Source: Deltaproteobacteria bacterium (GTDB lineage Bacteria; Myxococcota_A; UBA9160; SMWR01). Taken from it: a DNA stretch of 64,000 nucleotides. Below, one piece after another: positions 33,971 to 46,034 of the stretch. Both the position numbers and the translations under genes were made by a program. The DNA lies in NCBI GenBank assembly GCA_032128115.1, contig JAQBHB010000078.1, forward strand, positions 45,935 to 109,934, in the 5' to 3' direction. Within the stretch, counting starts at the first letter, position 1. Every line of letters begins with the position of its first letter. The notes below the pieces were generated by a model. The model saw nothing but the letters and a program-made list of their open reading frames with translations. It did not search any database and had not been told where the DNA came from.

Positions 33971-35779
33971 ATGGCCGACAAGGAAAAAACCAATTCGGTC
34001 CTCACGACCGATGGCTTGCCGGCCGACGGCTTCGGCGGCCGCCTCCAGCCGGGTGCGCTCCAGGCCACCATCATGATGCTCGATGACGAGGAGACCACCC
34101 TCGAGGTCATCGAAGCCTTCCTGGAAGACGCGGGCTACCAGACCGTCGTCGTCACCAGCGATCCCACCACGGCGATCGATCTCATGCACAAGAAGCGGCC
34201 AGACGTGCTGCTGCTCGATCTCAACATGCCGGAGATGAACGGCTTCGAAGTGCTGGCCAGGATGCGCGCGAACGACGAGCTCAAGCACACCCCAGTGGTG
34301 GTTCTCACCTCGGCGAACGACGCCGCCACCAAGCTCAAGTCCCTGGAACTCGGCGCCACCGACTTCCTGGCAAAACCCGTGGATCCCAGTGAGCTCGCCC
34401 TTCGCCTGCGAAACACCCTGGCCGCCAAGGCCTACCAGGACCGCCTCACCTACTACGACATGCTGACCGACCTTCCCAATCGGCGGCTCTTCATGGAGCG
34501 CCTGGACCAGACGCTGGACAAGGCCGCTCAAACCGGCGGAATCGGCGCGATCCTGCACCTGGATCTGGACCGCTTCAAGCAGATCAACGACGCCCTGGGG
34601 CCGCGTGTGGGAGACCAGCTCCTGAAGGTCGTGGGCCAGCGACTCATGCAGACCATCCGCGGCGGCGACGCGGTCGGGCGCATGCAAGCGCATCCGGGCC
34701 GCCGGACCCTGTCACGGGTGGGCGGGGACGAATTCACGGTGCTGCTCCCGGAGATCGTCCAGGCGGAGAAGGCAGCCAGTGTCGCCCGGCGCATCATCGA
34801 CGCGCTGGCCGCGCCTTTCAGCATCAACGCCCACGAAGTGTTCGTTACGGCGAGCATCGGCATCGCCGTGTTCCCGCACGACGGCAGCGACGTGGAGTCG
34901 ATCATCCAGAACTCGAACGCCGCCATGTCCCAGGCAAAGAAGGCCGGCGGCAACACCTACCGCTACTACTCCCACGAGATCAACACGCGATCCATGGAGC
35001 AACTGACGCTCGAGAACGAGCTGCGCAGGGCACTCGACGCCAGACAGTTGCAGCTCTACTACCAGCCGAAGGTCAATACCGCCACGGGCCAGGTCTGTGG
35101 CATGGAGGCGCTGCTGCGCTGGATCCACCCGGAGCTGGGCTTCATCGGCCCGGACCGGTTCATCCCCCTGGCCGAGGAGATCGGGCTGATCGTGCCGATT
35201 GGCGCGTGGGTGCTCTACGAGGCATGCCGTCAGAACAAGGCCTGGCAGGACGCGGGGCTGCCCGCCCTGCCGGTCTCGGTGAATGTTTCCGGACACCAGT
35301 TCCGCGCGGGCAACTTCGCCGCGGTCATCACCGAGGCGCTCAAGACCGCGGAACTGTCGTCGGAGTGGCTCACGGTGGAACTCACCGAGAGCGTGATCAT
35401 GGACAACGCCAGGGCCAACGTAGACATGCTGCACCAGATCAAGGAGATCGGCGTCGCTCTCTCCGTGGACGACTTCGGGACCGGCTATTCGTGCCTGAGC
35501 TACCTGAACCAGTTTCCGCTGGACGAACTCAAGGTGGACCGATCCTTCGTGAACGAGATCCAGACGGCCGACGACACGGCCGCAATCGTCACCGCCATCA
35601 TCGGCATGGCGCACGGCCTGGGTCTGAAAGTGGTGGCCGAGGGCGTCGAAACCAACGAGCAGTGGGCGTTTCTGCGCAACAAGGAATGCGAGGAGTGCCA
35701 GGGCTTCCTCTTCAGCAAGCCCCTGCCGGCCCGGGATTTCGGCGAACTGCTCGGCGGCCCCCTGCCCGGCGACGACTAG
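33971..35779 (+). CDS. Response regulator REC-GGDEF-EAL (diguanylate cyclase/phosphodiesterase)
   Basis: LLDLNMP REC; intact GGDEF; EALLRW and DDFGTGYS. Confidence 0.95.
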   Translation: MADKEKTNSVLTTDGLPADGFGGRLQPGALQATIMMLDDEETTLEVIEAFLEDAGYQTVVVTSDPTTAIDLMHKKRPDVLLLDLNMPEMNGFEVLARMRANDELKHTPVVVLTSANDAATKLKSLELGATDFLAKPVDPSELALRLRNTLAAKAYQDRLTYYDMLTDLPNRRLFMERLDQTLDKAAQTGGIGAILHLDLDRFKQINDALGPRVGDQLLKVVGQRLMQTIRGGDAVGRMQAHPGRRTLSRVGGDEFTVLLPEIVQAEKAASVARRIIDALAAPFSINAHEVFVTASIGIAVFPHDGSDVESIIQNSNAAMSQAKKAGGNTYRYYSHEINTRSMEQLTLENELRRALDARQLQLYYQPKVNTATGQVCGMEALLRWIHPELGFIGPDRFIPLAEEIGLIVPIGAWVLYEACRQNKAWQDAGLPALPVSVNVSGHQFRAGNFAAVITEALKTAELSSEWLTVELTESVIMDNARANVDMLHQIKEIGVALSVDDFGTGYSCLSYLNQFPLDELKVDRSFVNEIQTADDTAAIVTAIIGMAHGLGLKVVAEGVETNEQWAFLRNKECEECQGFLFSKPLPARDFGELLGGPLPGDD

Positions 35780-35780
35780 C

Positions 35781-37070
35781 CTAGAGGCTCCGATCCAGGT
35801 CCTTCAGGATCGATGACAGCTTCTCGAGCACCTCGGCAATCTCACTCTCGTCGATCACCAACGGGGGCTGCAGGCGCACCACGTTGCCAAGGGATCCGCC
35901 CACGCCGACCAGGAGCCCCGCCGCCCGGCAGCGCTTCTTCACCTCCTGGGCCTCGGCGGCGGCGGGCGTCTTGTCGGCGTCCTTCACCAGCTCGAGACCG
36001 ATCATCAGGCCGAGGCCGCGCACCTCGCCCACCAGGGTGAGTTCATCCTCGAGGGGCGTAAGGCCCGCCATCAGCTGGGCACCACGCGCTGCCGAATTCT
36101 CCGGAAGCCGCTCCTCCTTCATCACCTCGATGTTGGCCAGCGCCGCCGCGCAGCTCACCGGGTTGCCGCCGAAGGTCGAGAGGTGCGACCCGGGCGTAAA
36201 GGCGTCGCCCACGTCGGCGCGTGCGATGAAGGCGGCGAGCGGAAAGCCGTCTGCGATGCCCTTGGCCACGGTCATGATCTCGGGCTCGACCCCGTAGTGC
36301 TCGATGGCAAAGAGCTTGCCCGTGCGCCCGAATCCGGTCTGTACCTCGTCGCAGATGAAGAGGATGCCCTGCTCGTCCAGGATCTCCTTCACGTATCGGA
36401 AGTAGCTCTCGTGGGGCACCAGGATGCCGCCCTCGCCAAGCACCGGCTCGGCGATGAAGGCGGCTACGTTTCCGGAGGTCTGGTACTTGATCGTCTGGGC
36501 CAGCTCCTGGGCACTGCGCTCGGCGCACTCGGCGTCGGTCTTCGAGCCATAGGGGCAGCGATAGCGGTACGGTGCCGGAGCAAACACCACGCCGGGCATG
36601 TAGGGCCCCCCATGCTGCTTGCGTCCGCTGTTGCCCGTGATCGAAAGGGTCGCGTACGTGCGCCCGTGGAAGCTGTGGGTCAGGGCCACGAACTCGTTGC
36701 GACCGGTGAAGTGCTTGGCCAGGCGCAGAGCCCCCTCGACGGCCTCCGCCCCCGAGTTGCAAAGGAAGCTCTTTTGCAGCGCGCCCGGCGTGATCCCGGC
36801 CAGGGCCTCGGCCACGCGCCCCGCCATGGGGTTGTAGTAGACGTAGCTGCAGCAGTGCACCAGCTTGTCCAGCTGCGCCTTGGCAGCGGCGATCACCTTC
36901 GGATGGCGGTGACCCGCATTGCACACCGCGATGCCGCTGAAACAATCCAGGTACTCCACGCCGCTGCTGCAGCGGACGCGCGTGCCCTCGGCCGACACCA
37001 CCTCCACCGGATCGAAACCCGACACCATGCTGGTGATCATGAACTCGTCATAGAGCTTCTTCGTGTGCAT
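35781..37070 (-). CDS. Class-III PLP aminotransferase (omega-amino acid; GabT/beta-alanine type)
   Basis: NSGAEA, SFHGRT, DEVQTGFGRTG, VAKG, STFGGNP. Confidence 0.9.
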   Translation of the reverse strand: MHTKKLYDEFMITSMVSGFDPVEVVSAEGTRVRCSSGVEYLDCFSGIAVCNAGHRHPKVIAAAKAQLDKLVHCCSYVYYNPMAGRVAEALAGITPGALQKSFLCNSGAEAVEGALRLAKHFTGRNEFVALTHSFHGRTYATLSITGNSGRKQHGGPYMPGVVFAPAPYRYRCPYGSKTDAECAERSAQELAQTIKYQTSGNVAAFIAEPVLGEGGILVPHESYFRYVKEILDEQGILFICDEVQTGFGRTGKLFAIEHYGVEPEIMTVAKGIADGFPLAAFIARADVGDAFTPGSHLSTFGGNPVSCAAALANIEVMKEERLPENSAARGAQLMAGLTPLEDELTLVGEVRGLGLMIGLELVKDADKTPAAAEAQEVKKRCRAAGLLVGVGGSLGNVVRLQPPLVIDESEIAEVLEKLSSILKDLDRSL

Positions 37071-37326
37071 GCCTTCTCCTGATCGCGCTCTCGCGCGTCG
37101 CTACAGACTTGGGGGGCTGCAGGCGCACACCGCCTTGCCCTGGTGGGGGAGGTCCACGTCAGAGGCCATGGGGAACCTCACTGAGTTGCGTTGAATCGCG
37201 TCGAATTGTCGAGCATCCTCAATGTACTGAACAGCAAACCCCTGATAATCAGATACTTGCAGGAAATTCCAGAAAGTCTTGTTGAACGACGTAAACGACG
37301 AGACACTGGCGGCAGCGAGGAGCAGC

Positions 37327-38823
<1,497 letters not shown>

Positions 38824-38992
38824 CCACGCAAACCCCCGGGGGGTCCACGGCGAAGCGGGGCCTCGACATCGGCGCCACCGGTGTCGAGGTTCTGGTGCTG
38901 GGTTTCCCTGCTCTGGCGCGTCCGCTTCTACTTCGTGTCACCCTGCGCCTGCGCCGCTGCGTGACGGTGCCCGAGTTCCCGATTCCGCTCGA

Positions 38993-39778
38993 CTAGAGCC
39001 GAGCCGCCATCGCCGCCTCGATCGATTTCAGGGACGCGAGGGTCGCCTGGCGGCCGATCTCGAAGATCTTCCGGTGGTTCTTCGTGTCGAACAGGCCGTA
39101 CTGGCGCAGCTCCGGAGCCCGCACCATCACGTCGCATTCGTGGAACTTGGGCTTGGAGCTGAAGTGCATGCCCACCTCCAGGGCCCGTTCGGAGACCGCC
39201 ACCACACCTTTCAGGTCCGACTCGTCCACGGTCCGCAACGGGCTCGCGTAATGGCCCACCAGGACGTCGCAGCGGCCGCGCAGGGGTTCGACCGGGAAAT
39301 TGTTGATCACGCCCCCGTCCACATACCAGCGGCCGTCGATCTCGGTGGGCGTGAACACGAGCGGCATGGAACAAGAAGCCAGGATCGCCGGGATCAGCGG
39401 GCCCGATTCGAAGATCGCCAGGCGCGCATTGATGATGTCGGTGGCGGTCAGGAAGAGCCGGATCCCGAGAGCCTCGAAGGAATTCTCCGGAAAGTACTCG
39501 CGGAAGCTCTCTACCACCTTGGCCGTGTCGAGGATTCCCGCCTTGCTCATGGTGACCATGGAGAGGCGGAACGGGCTCGCCTTCCGGAAGAACTCGAGCA
39601 TGATCTCCGTGGGGTGGCCGGCCGCCGCCAGCGCCCCGACGATGGCCCCGGAGCTCGACCCGGAGATGAAGTCGGGTGTGAATCCGTGCGCCCGCAGCAC
39701 GTCGATCACTCCAATGTGAGCGATCCCCCGGGCACCCCCTCCCGAGAGCACGAGCCCCAGCGTCGGCTTCGCCTTCAT
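38993..39778 (-). CDS. Patatin-like phospholipase
   Basis: SGGGARG, GSSSG, DGG. Confidence 0.92.
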   Translation of the reverse strand: MKAKPTLGLVLSGGGARGIAHIGVIDVLRAHGFTPDFISGSSSGAIVGALAAAGHPTEIMLEFFRKASPFRLSMVTMSKAGILDTAKVVESFREYFPENSFEALGIRLFLTATDIINARLAIFESGPLIPAILASCSMPLVFTPTEIDGRWYVDGGVINNFPVEPLRGRCDVLVGHYASPLRTVDESDLKGVVAVSERALEVGMHFSSKPKFHECDVMVRAPELRQYGLFDTKNHRKIFEIGRQATLASLKSIEAAMAARL

Positions 39779-39806
39779 CCCGAGTCACTGTCCCGGCACT
39801 GTTCGA

Positions 39807-40970
39807 TCAATACGTTTCGGGCGGTTCGGCACCACCGATCAAGGCCCGGAGTTCGTCGATATCGGCGCGCTCCTCGGGCAGAAGTTCCTCGATGTCAGAG
39901 CCCTCGTGACTCATGAGAAGTTCCTCCTCGAGGAGCTCGAATGCGATGCGGGCGAAGGGCTCCTGGGGCGCCAGGCGAATCGCCGTCTCCAACAGGAAGG
40001 GCGCCGGCGTCACCCAGTAGTTCCGGCCGATGCGCGCCTCGGTGATCCCCAACAGGTAGTAGGCCTCGGCGAGCTCGGGCCCCGGCCCCGGATCCGAATC
40101 GATGAAGCCCTGCAGCACGGCCGACGCCACCACGAAGTGGGCCAGCCAGGCCCGATCGCCGGGAAAACCAAACTCCTCGCGACCCTCGCCAATCAACGAC
40201 CGGGCCAGGTCGAGACTGGGGGCCCCGGACACCCGGGCCCGCAAACCCGGGATCTCGGCAATCCAGGTCTCGACGTCGGCGCGAAGCTGGGGCCACAGGT
40301 CGGGGCGCGCCGCGAAGCGTCGCAGGGTCACCATCGGACGCTCGTAATCGTCCTTCACCCGGATCGAGATCACCAGATAATCCGTCAGGGGACCCAGCAG
40401 GAGCGCCGGCTGCTTGTGCGACGCGAGCAGCTCCTCGAGGGTCGCCAGGGCTTCATCGAAGCGTCGCGTGGCGGTCTGGAGCGTGGCACGGGGCTCGAGC
40501 GGCAACTCGTCGAACACCGCCCGGTCGACGAAGCCCTGGGCAACCGGTGAATCCACCTGGCTCGGCAGCCGCGTGTGACAGACCACGCAGTTCTCGGTGA
40601 TCTTCCGCAGCAGGAACGCGCTGCGGTCGAAGCGACCCTTGACGTACGCGCGTTGGAGTTCGCGGGCATCCTCGGCGATCGACCGCGCCAGGAAGTGCAT
40701 CTGGGCTTCCTTGGCGCTGGTGTGTTGCTCCAGGTGCTCGGCGTTTCGCGACAGGTTGTCGAGGGCCGCGCCCACCTCCGCACGCCGCGCGGGATCCTGC
40801 AGCCGCTCCACGTCGACGCTCAACGGCAGCAGCTTCTGCACGCTGGCGAAGATCTCTTCCATGATCTCGCGGGTCTCTGCCCCCTTTTCCTCCGGGGGAT
40901 CCGGCTCGCTGCAGGCGAGCCACGCCGAGGCACACACCACTCCGAGCCCCAGCGCGATCCAGCCTCTCAT
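39807..40970 (-). CDS. Lipoprotein with a single c-type heme motif and helical (TPR-like) C-terminus
   Basis: GGAGG RBS; lipobox-like WLAC; CVVCH after a four-helix-like region; AEAYYLLG. Confidence 0.65.
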   Translation of the reverse strand: MRGWIALGLGVVCASAWLACSEPDPPEEKGAETREIMEEIFASVQKLLPLSVDVERLQDPARRAEVGAALDNLSRNAEHLEQHTSAKEAQMHFLARSIAEDARELQRAYVKGRFDRSAFLLRKITENCVVCHTRLPSQVDSPVAQGFVDRAVFDELPLEPRATLQTATRRFDEALATLEELLASHKQPALLLGPLTDYLVISIRVKDDYERPMVTLRRFAARPDLWPQLRADVETWIAEIPGLRARVSGAPSLDLARSLIGEGREEFGFPGDRAWLAHFVVASAVLQGFIDSDPGPGPELAEAYYLLGITEARIGRNYWVTPAPFLLETAIRLAPQEPFARIAFELLEEELLMSHEGSDIEELLPEERADIDELRALIGGAEPPETY

Positions 40971-41614
40971 GTGGCCTCCCCCGGTGCGGCCTCGAAGTCC
41001 TGCTCGGCCCAGATCCGGGCGATGGCGGGCCGATCCTTCACCAGCTCGATCAGCTTCACCACCCGCGGGCATCTCTTCACAAGTTCGACCCGATCCTGGT
41101 GCCAGCTGGCCAGCATCGCCAGGTAGATGTCCACGGCGCTGAAGGTCTCTCCCAACAGATAGGGACCCGGTTCCAGGGCATCGTTCAGGATCACCAGGTA
41201 GCGATCGATGGCGTCCCTCGCCGCTTCGCCCACCGCCTCGGCCCCCGCGTCATCGGTGGTGTATCGATCCGGGTAGTACGCGCGCAGGTAGGCCCCGTAG
41301 AGCGAGGTCGCCATGAACAACAACCAGCGCAGGAAGCGGGCGCGCTCGGGGCTCGCGGCCGGCGGCGCCAGCTTGGCGTCGGGATGGCGATCGACGAGCT
41401 GCAACACGATGGCCGCCGACTCGGTCATCAACGTGCCATCGGGCAGCACCAGGGCCGGCACCTCGCCCATGGGGTTCACCGCCAGGAACTTCGGGCGCTT
41501 GTGCGCATCGTTCGCGAAGTCGACCTCGATCTTCTCGAACTCGGCACCGATTTCTTCCAGCAGCGCCTGGGGCACGAAGGCCCCGCTTCCCGCGACCCAG
41601 TAGAGCTTGTACAT
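40967..41614 (-). CDS. Glutathione S-transferase
   Basis: NPMGEVPAL..PDG..MTESAAI, YLLGETFSAVDIY. Confidence 0.9.
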   Translation of the reverse strand: MYKLYWVAGSGAFVPQALLEEIGAEFEKIEVDFANDAHKRPKFLAVNPMGEVPALVLPDGTLMTESAAIVLQLVDRHPDAKLAPPAASPERARFLRWLLFMATSLYGAYLRAYYPDRYTTDDAGAEAVGEAARDAIDRYLVILNDALEPGPYLLGETFSAVDIYLAMLASWHQDRVELVKRCPRVVKLIELVKDRPAIARIWAEQDFEAAPGEAT

Positions 41615-41755
41615 GGGGGAGAGTCTCCTTGTATCCTGTGCCCATTCTACACCGCTGGCCCACGAGCCCACGGACCTGAGGGGAAGCAGGATGAGCCACG
41701 CCACCTGGGTGATCTACGAGACCGTGTCGAAATACTTCCTGATCGTAGGCGAATC

Positions 41756-44446
41756 TTGAGATCTCCCGATCGCGTGGCCTGGATCTGGACCGTCTTCGGG
41801 CTGGGTCTGCTTGGGGCTTCCGGGGAAGCGTTCGCCCAGGCGTCGCCTCCCCGCTATCTGACCCCAGCCTCGAACCGGGACGCCGCCGACATCGCAACCG
41901 ACGACCTCCGGGCCCGCGGCTCCCAGCTGGGCCTGTCCGCCGACGACCTGGACGAGTTGCGGGTGCGCGACCGCTACGTGACGCGCCGCACCGGCACCAC
42001 CCACCTCTACCTGTGCCAGCAGGTGGACGGCGTGGACGTCTTCGGCTCGAACGTGACGATCGCGATCGATCGCCGGGGCCGCATGATTGCGCGCAACGAA
42101 CGGCTCACCCGGGATCTGCGCCGCCGGATCCACACGCGCCAGCCCGGCATCAGCGCCAGCGAGGCACTCGCGCGCGCCGCCGATCACCTGGGTCTCCCGG
42201 CCGGCCCCGCCGGCGTGCTGCGCCGCCCCGGCGGCCCGGCTCGCGAGGTGGTGTTCGAGCCGGACGGGATTTCGCGCGATGAGATCCCGGTGAAGCTCAT
42301 GTACGTGCCCCGGCCGGGTGCCGGTGTGCCCTTGGCCTGGAACGTGGTGATCCGCATGCCCGACAGCAGCCACTGGTGGAACCTGCACGTGGATGCGGTC
42401 AGCGGCCAGGTGCTGCGCCAGAACGACTGGATGGCCCGGGACAGCTACCGCATCTACCCGCTGCCCCAGATGAGCCCGGACGAAGGGCCGCGGCTGCTCG
42501 ACGCGAATCCGGCCGACCCCACGGCTTCGCCCTTCGGCTGGCACGACACCAACGGCGCGCTCGGCGCCGAGTTCACGGATACCCGCGGCAACAACGTCTC
42601 GGCCCAGGAAGACGACGACGCCGACGATTCCCTGGGCCTCCGGCCCGACGGCGGCGCGAGCCTCGTGTTCGACTTCCCCGTGGATCCGTCGCTCCAGCCC
42701 TCGGGCAATTGGCAGGCCTCGGTCTCGAACCTCTTCTACTGGAACAATCGGCTCCACGACATCTTCTACCACTACGGCTTCGACGAGCCGGCCGGCAACT
42801 TCCAGGTCAACAACTACGGCAAGGGCGGTGTCGCCGGCGACCCGGTGCAGGCCGACGCCTTCGACGGCGGAGGCGACAACAACGCGAATTTTGGCACGCC
42901 ACCGGAACCGTCGAGCTTCGACCCGCGTATGCAGATGTACTACTGGCTCTCGCCGACCGTGCCGGAACTCGAGATTCTCTCGCCCCCGTCGGCCCAGGGC
43001 ACCTACGCGGCGGCCAAAGGCCGCTTCGGCGGCGGCACCCCGGGGCTGACCGACGATGTGGTGCAGGCCATCCCGAATGACGCGTGTTCGACCCTCACCA
43101 ACTCCGGCGCGATTTCGGGCCGCATCGCACTCGTGGATCGGGGCACATGCCTCTTCATCGAGAAGGTGGCCATTGCCCAGGCCGCCGGGGCGGTGGGAGT
43201 CATCATCGTCAACAACGCGGGAAATGACCTCGTCAACATGATCGGCTTCGACCCCACTCTCACGATCCCGACGGTGTTCGTGGGCCAGACCGACGGCGGG
43301 AACATCGAAGCCGAGCTGGGAAACAGCGTCACCGCCACGCTGGTGGCCCCCACCGACCGAGATAGCGACTTCGACAACGGGATCGTCATCCACGAATACG
43401 GCCACGGGGTCAGCAACCGCCTGACGGGAGGCCCGAGCGACACCAGCTGTCTCGCCGCCGCCCAGAGCAGCGGCATGGGCGAGGGCTGGAGCGACTTCTT
43501 CGCCCTGGCGCTGACGGCCCGGGTCAGTGACCTGCGCGGCGACGCCGTGCCCCTCGCCACCTACCTGGAGTTCCAACCGCTCACGGGATCGGGCATCCGC
43601 AACCACCCCTACAGCACCAGCCTGGTCACGAACCCGCTCACTTATGAAGACATCGAGCCCCCCACGAACCATCCCCACGGTGTGGGCGAGGTATGGGCCG
43701 TGTCGCTATGGGAGATGTTCTGGAACCTGGTGGACGTCTACGGCTTCGACCCGAACGTCGCGCAGGGCAGCGGGGGCAACAACCTGGCGATGGAGCTGGT
43801 GATGGACGGGATGAAGCTCCAGAGCTGCAACCCCACCTTCCTGAACGCCCGACAGGGGATCCTCACAGCCGATCAGGACGCCAACGACGCCGCCAACCGT
43901 TGCCTGATCTGGGCGGCCTTCGCGAAGCGCGGCCTGGGATTGGCGGCAACCGACGGAGGGGGATCGGGCTCGCTCAACGTCACGGAGGATTTCTCCACGC
44001 CGGCCGAGTGCAGCCCCAGCTGCGGCGACGGGCTGTTACAGGTGGGGGAGCAGTGCGACGACGAAAACTCCCAGTCCTTCGACCACTGCACGCCCGCCTG
44101 CGAGAACGAGACGATCTTTGCGTTCTTCGGCACGGCGTCCGGAGGCAGCATCGACCTGGTGCTCGACGGACTTCCGCTCTCGATCACGACCCTCTTGGGT
44201 CAGAGTGCCGCCATCGTGGCCGCGAACGTGGCCGCGGCCATCAATGCCGACCCGGACCTGATGGCGGCGGGCGTCACCGCCCTGCCCCAGGATCACCGGG
44301 TCGCGACCAATGGCGATCTGACGTCTCTCACCCTGAACGACCCGGGCCTGCTCTTCCAGGTGCCCGCACTCTCGGGCCCGGCCCTGGGGATCCTGGCGGG
44401 TTTGTTCGCGTGGCTGGGCGCGCGCGGATTGCGCCAACGGGCTTGA
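41756..44446 (+). CDS. Secreted M36 (fungalysin) metallopeptidase with FTP propeptide, PA domain, myxobacterial Cys repeat and IPTL-CTERM-like tail
   Basis: TRGNNV, GFDEPAGNFQ, HEYGHGVSNRL, GEGWSDF, RGTC.F.EK PA domain, CGDG....GEQCDD, VPALS-TM-basic; start TTG 41756 or GTG 41774. Confidence 0.9.
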   Translation: MRSPDRVAWIWTVFGLGLLGASGEAFAQASPPRYLTPASNRDAADIATDDLRARGSQLGLSADDLDELRVRDRYVTRRTGTTHLYLCQQVDGVDVFGSNVTIAIDRRGRMIARNERLTRDLRRRIHTRQPGISASEALARAADHLGLPAGPAGVLRRPGGPAREVVFEPDGISRDEIPVKLMYVPRPGAGVPLAWNVVIRMPDSSHWWNLHVDAVSGQVLRQNDWMARDSYRIYPLPQMSPDEGPRLLDANPADPTASPFGWHDTNGALGAEFTDTRGNNVSAQEDDDADDSLGLRPDGGASLVFDFPVDPSLQPSGNWQASVSNLFYWNNRLHDIFYHYGFDEPAGNFQVNNYGKGGVAGDPVQADAFDGGGDNNANFGTPPEPSSFDPRMQMYYWLSPTVPELEILSPPSAQGTYAAAKGRFGGGTPGLTDDVVQAIPNDACSTLTNSGAISGRIALVDRGTCLFIEKVAIAQAAGAVGVIIVNNAGNDLVNMIGFDPTLTIPTVFVGQTDGGNIEAELGNSVTATLVAPTDRDSDFDNGIVIHEYGHGVSNRLTGGPSDTSCLAAAQSSGMGEGWSDFFALALTARVSDLRGDAVPLATYLEFQPLTGSGIRNHPYSTSLVTNPLTYEDIEPPTNHPHGVGEVWAVSLWEMFWNLVDVYGFDPNVAQGSGGNNLAMELVMDGMKLQSCNPTFLNARQGILTADQDANDAANRCLIWAAFAKRGLGLAATDGGGSGSLNVTEDFSTPAECSPSCGDGLLQVGEQCDDENSQSFDHCTPACENETIFAFFGTASGGSIDLVLDGLPLSITTLLGQSAAIVAANVAAAINADPDLMAAGVTALPQDHRVATNGDLTSLTLNDPGLLFQVPALSGPALGILAGLFAWLGARGLRQRA

Positions 44447-44447
44447 C

Positions 44448-44981
44448 CTAGGGACGAAGCATCCCGGCGGCTCGCGCGCGAACCTTCTCGCCCATCGCCG
44501 CGCAATCTGCGAACAGGGTGCGACGCGGAGGCACGCCGGGAGCGCGCGTCAGGGACCGGATCATCACGAGCAGCGGCCCCTCCCGGAGGATCTGCCAGTC
44601 GGGATACGCCAGGTGGACATGGGCGACGTCGGCCTGCGCAACGCTGGCGAAGCTCCAGAGTTCGATGCTGCATACCTGCTCGCCCGAAGGGGACCGCCGG
44701 GTATAGTGCCGCGTGCGCTGGGCGCGCACGCCCCATTCCACGAGATCCGGATCTCCGGCAGTGTCGACGGGCGTCTCCTCGACGACGCTCCACTCGCTGC
44801 CTGCCTCGCCCGCATCCAGCAACGATCGCTCCAGGAACAACGGGGGCGATGGATCGCCGAGGGCGGGCGCCGCGGCCGAGAGCACGCTCAGCAGCGCGAC
44901 GGTGGTTCGGGAGATCATGCGCCCGACAGATCGGCCCCCCGCCGCCGCAGCTTGACGATCCTCAGCCCGACAGGCGCTCAT
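44448..44981 (-). CDS. Exported hypothetical protein
   Basis: ATGA overlap at 44981; alternative start 44918 gives a clean signal peptide (MISRTTVALLSVLSAAAPALG). Confidence 0.6.
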   Translation of the reverse strand: MSACRAEDRQAAAAGGRSVGRMISRTTVALLSVLSAAAPALGDPSPPLFLERSLLDAGEAGSEWSVVEETPVDTAGDPDLVEWGVRAQRTRHYTRRSPSGEQVCSIELWSFASVAQADVAHVHLAYPDWQILREGPLLVMIRSLTRAPGVPPRRTLFADCAAMGEKVRARAAGMLRP

Positions 44982-46024
44982 GGCTGAAAGCCCTCGTCGA
45001 GGAGGCCATCGACCCAGCGAGCCAGGTCCCCGCCGACGAGGCGGTTCGACTCGATGGAGTAGTGCCCCCGCCTGACGAAGGTATACGAAGACGCGGGGCG
45101 GATCGGATCGATGGACAGCAGGGGCACCTGGTGGCTGTCGGCGAAATCCAACAACTGCTGGTTCACGAGCGTGCGGAACTCGTTCTGCTCACCGCCCAGT
45201 TGGGGCAGGATCACGATCAGGAGGGGGATGTCGCGAGCGTCCAGGTAGGCCTTCAGGTCCACCAGGTACCCGATCTGGCTGGCATGCACCTCACTACCCG
45301 ACGACGACGCCCCCTTCAGGTCCGCCATCTTCGCGTCCAGATGGGCCAGGAGCTTGGCCATGGCGGCACTTCGCGAGTAGATCTCGTTCCACAAGCGGGA
45401 GTGCGGCACCTGCGAGACCACCACCGTGCGGTTGAGCTTCACGGTGGCCTGCCCGGACGCCTCCTCCAGTTCCTCTCCGAACACGCGGTCCTGTACGGTG
45501 TCGCCCGCGTGGCGCACATAGCCGCGAGACACGACGTACGAGCCCAGGATCACCACGTCCGGATCCACTCGGTCGAAGGACTCCTCACCCAGATCGTGCA
45601 TGGTGACTTCGAGAGTCGCCCCTTCGCGGTTGCCGTTGATGACCTCGAACGTCGCGTCCGGGCGCAGCCTTTGCAGCTCCCGTCCGAACGCAGCCGCGAA
45701 GGCCTCGTCGGCGGGGACGCCCACGCCATAGCCGATGGAGCGCGAGCCCACGAACAGGAAGCGCGCGCCGCGCTTGTCGTCGTAGTCGATGCCCTGCTCT
45801 CGATAGCCGAACTCGTCCGTGTCGTAGCGGATCTGGCCGTACTCCTGCGCTTGCAGGGCCTCGAAGGCCGCATCGTCGAAGATCCGGTGAAGAGGCATCA
45901 CGTCCAGGCGATGGGCGTATTTGTTGTAGCGATCCTCGAATCGGTAGTAGAAGCGCTCCCAGACCTCGAACAGCGCGAACTGTGCCGCGATGGAGAAGAT
46001 CACGATGAGGGATTTGATGACCAT
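44978..46024 (-). CDS. SGNH/GDSL-like periplasmic partner of the MBOAT acyltransferase
   Basis: N-terminal TM, TDEFGYR, GSRSIGYGVGV, VINGNREG, PDVVIL, C-terminal GH. Confidence 0.7.
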   Translation of the reverse strand: MVIKSLIVIFSIAAQFALFEVWERFYYRFEDRYNKYAHRLDVMPLHRIFDDAAFEALQAQEYGQIRYDTDEFGYREQGIDYDDKRGARFLFVGSRSIGYGVGVPADEAFAAAFGRELQRLRPDATFEVINGNREGATLEVTMHDLGEESFDRVDPDVVILGSYVVSRGYVRHAGDTVQDRVFGEELEEASGQATVKLNRTVVVSQVPHSRLWNEIYSRSAAMAKLLAHLDAKMADLKGASSSGSEVHASQIGYLVDLKAYLDARDIPLLIVILPQLGGEQNEFRTLVNQQLLDFADSHQVPLLSIDPIRPASSYTFVRRGHYSIESNRLVGGDLARWVDGLLDEGFQP

Positions 46025-46034
46025 GGCATCCGAC

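Noticed and set aside
38824..38992. Small ORFs between mmsA and the patatin gene
   Set aside because: No convincing RBS or motif; they overlap real genes
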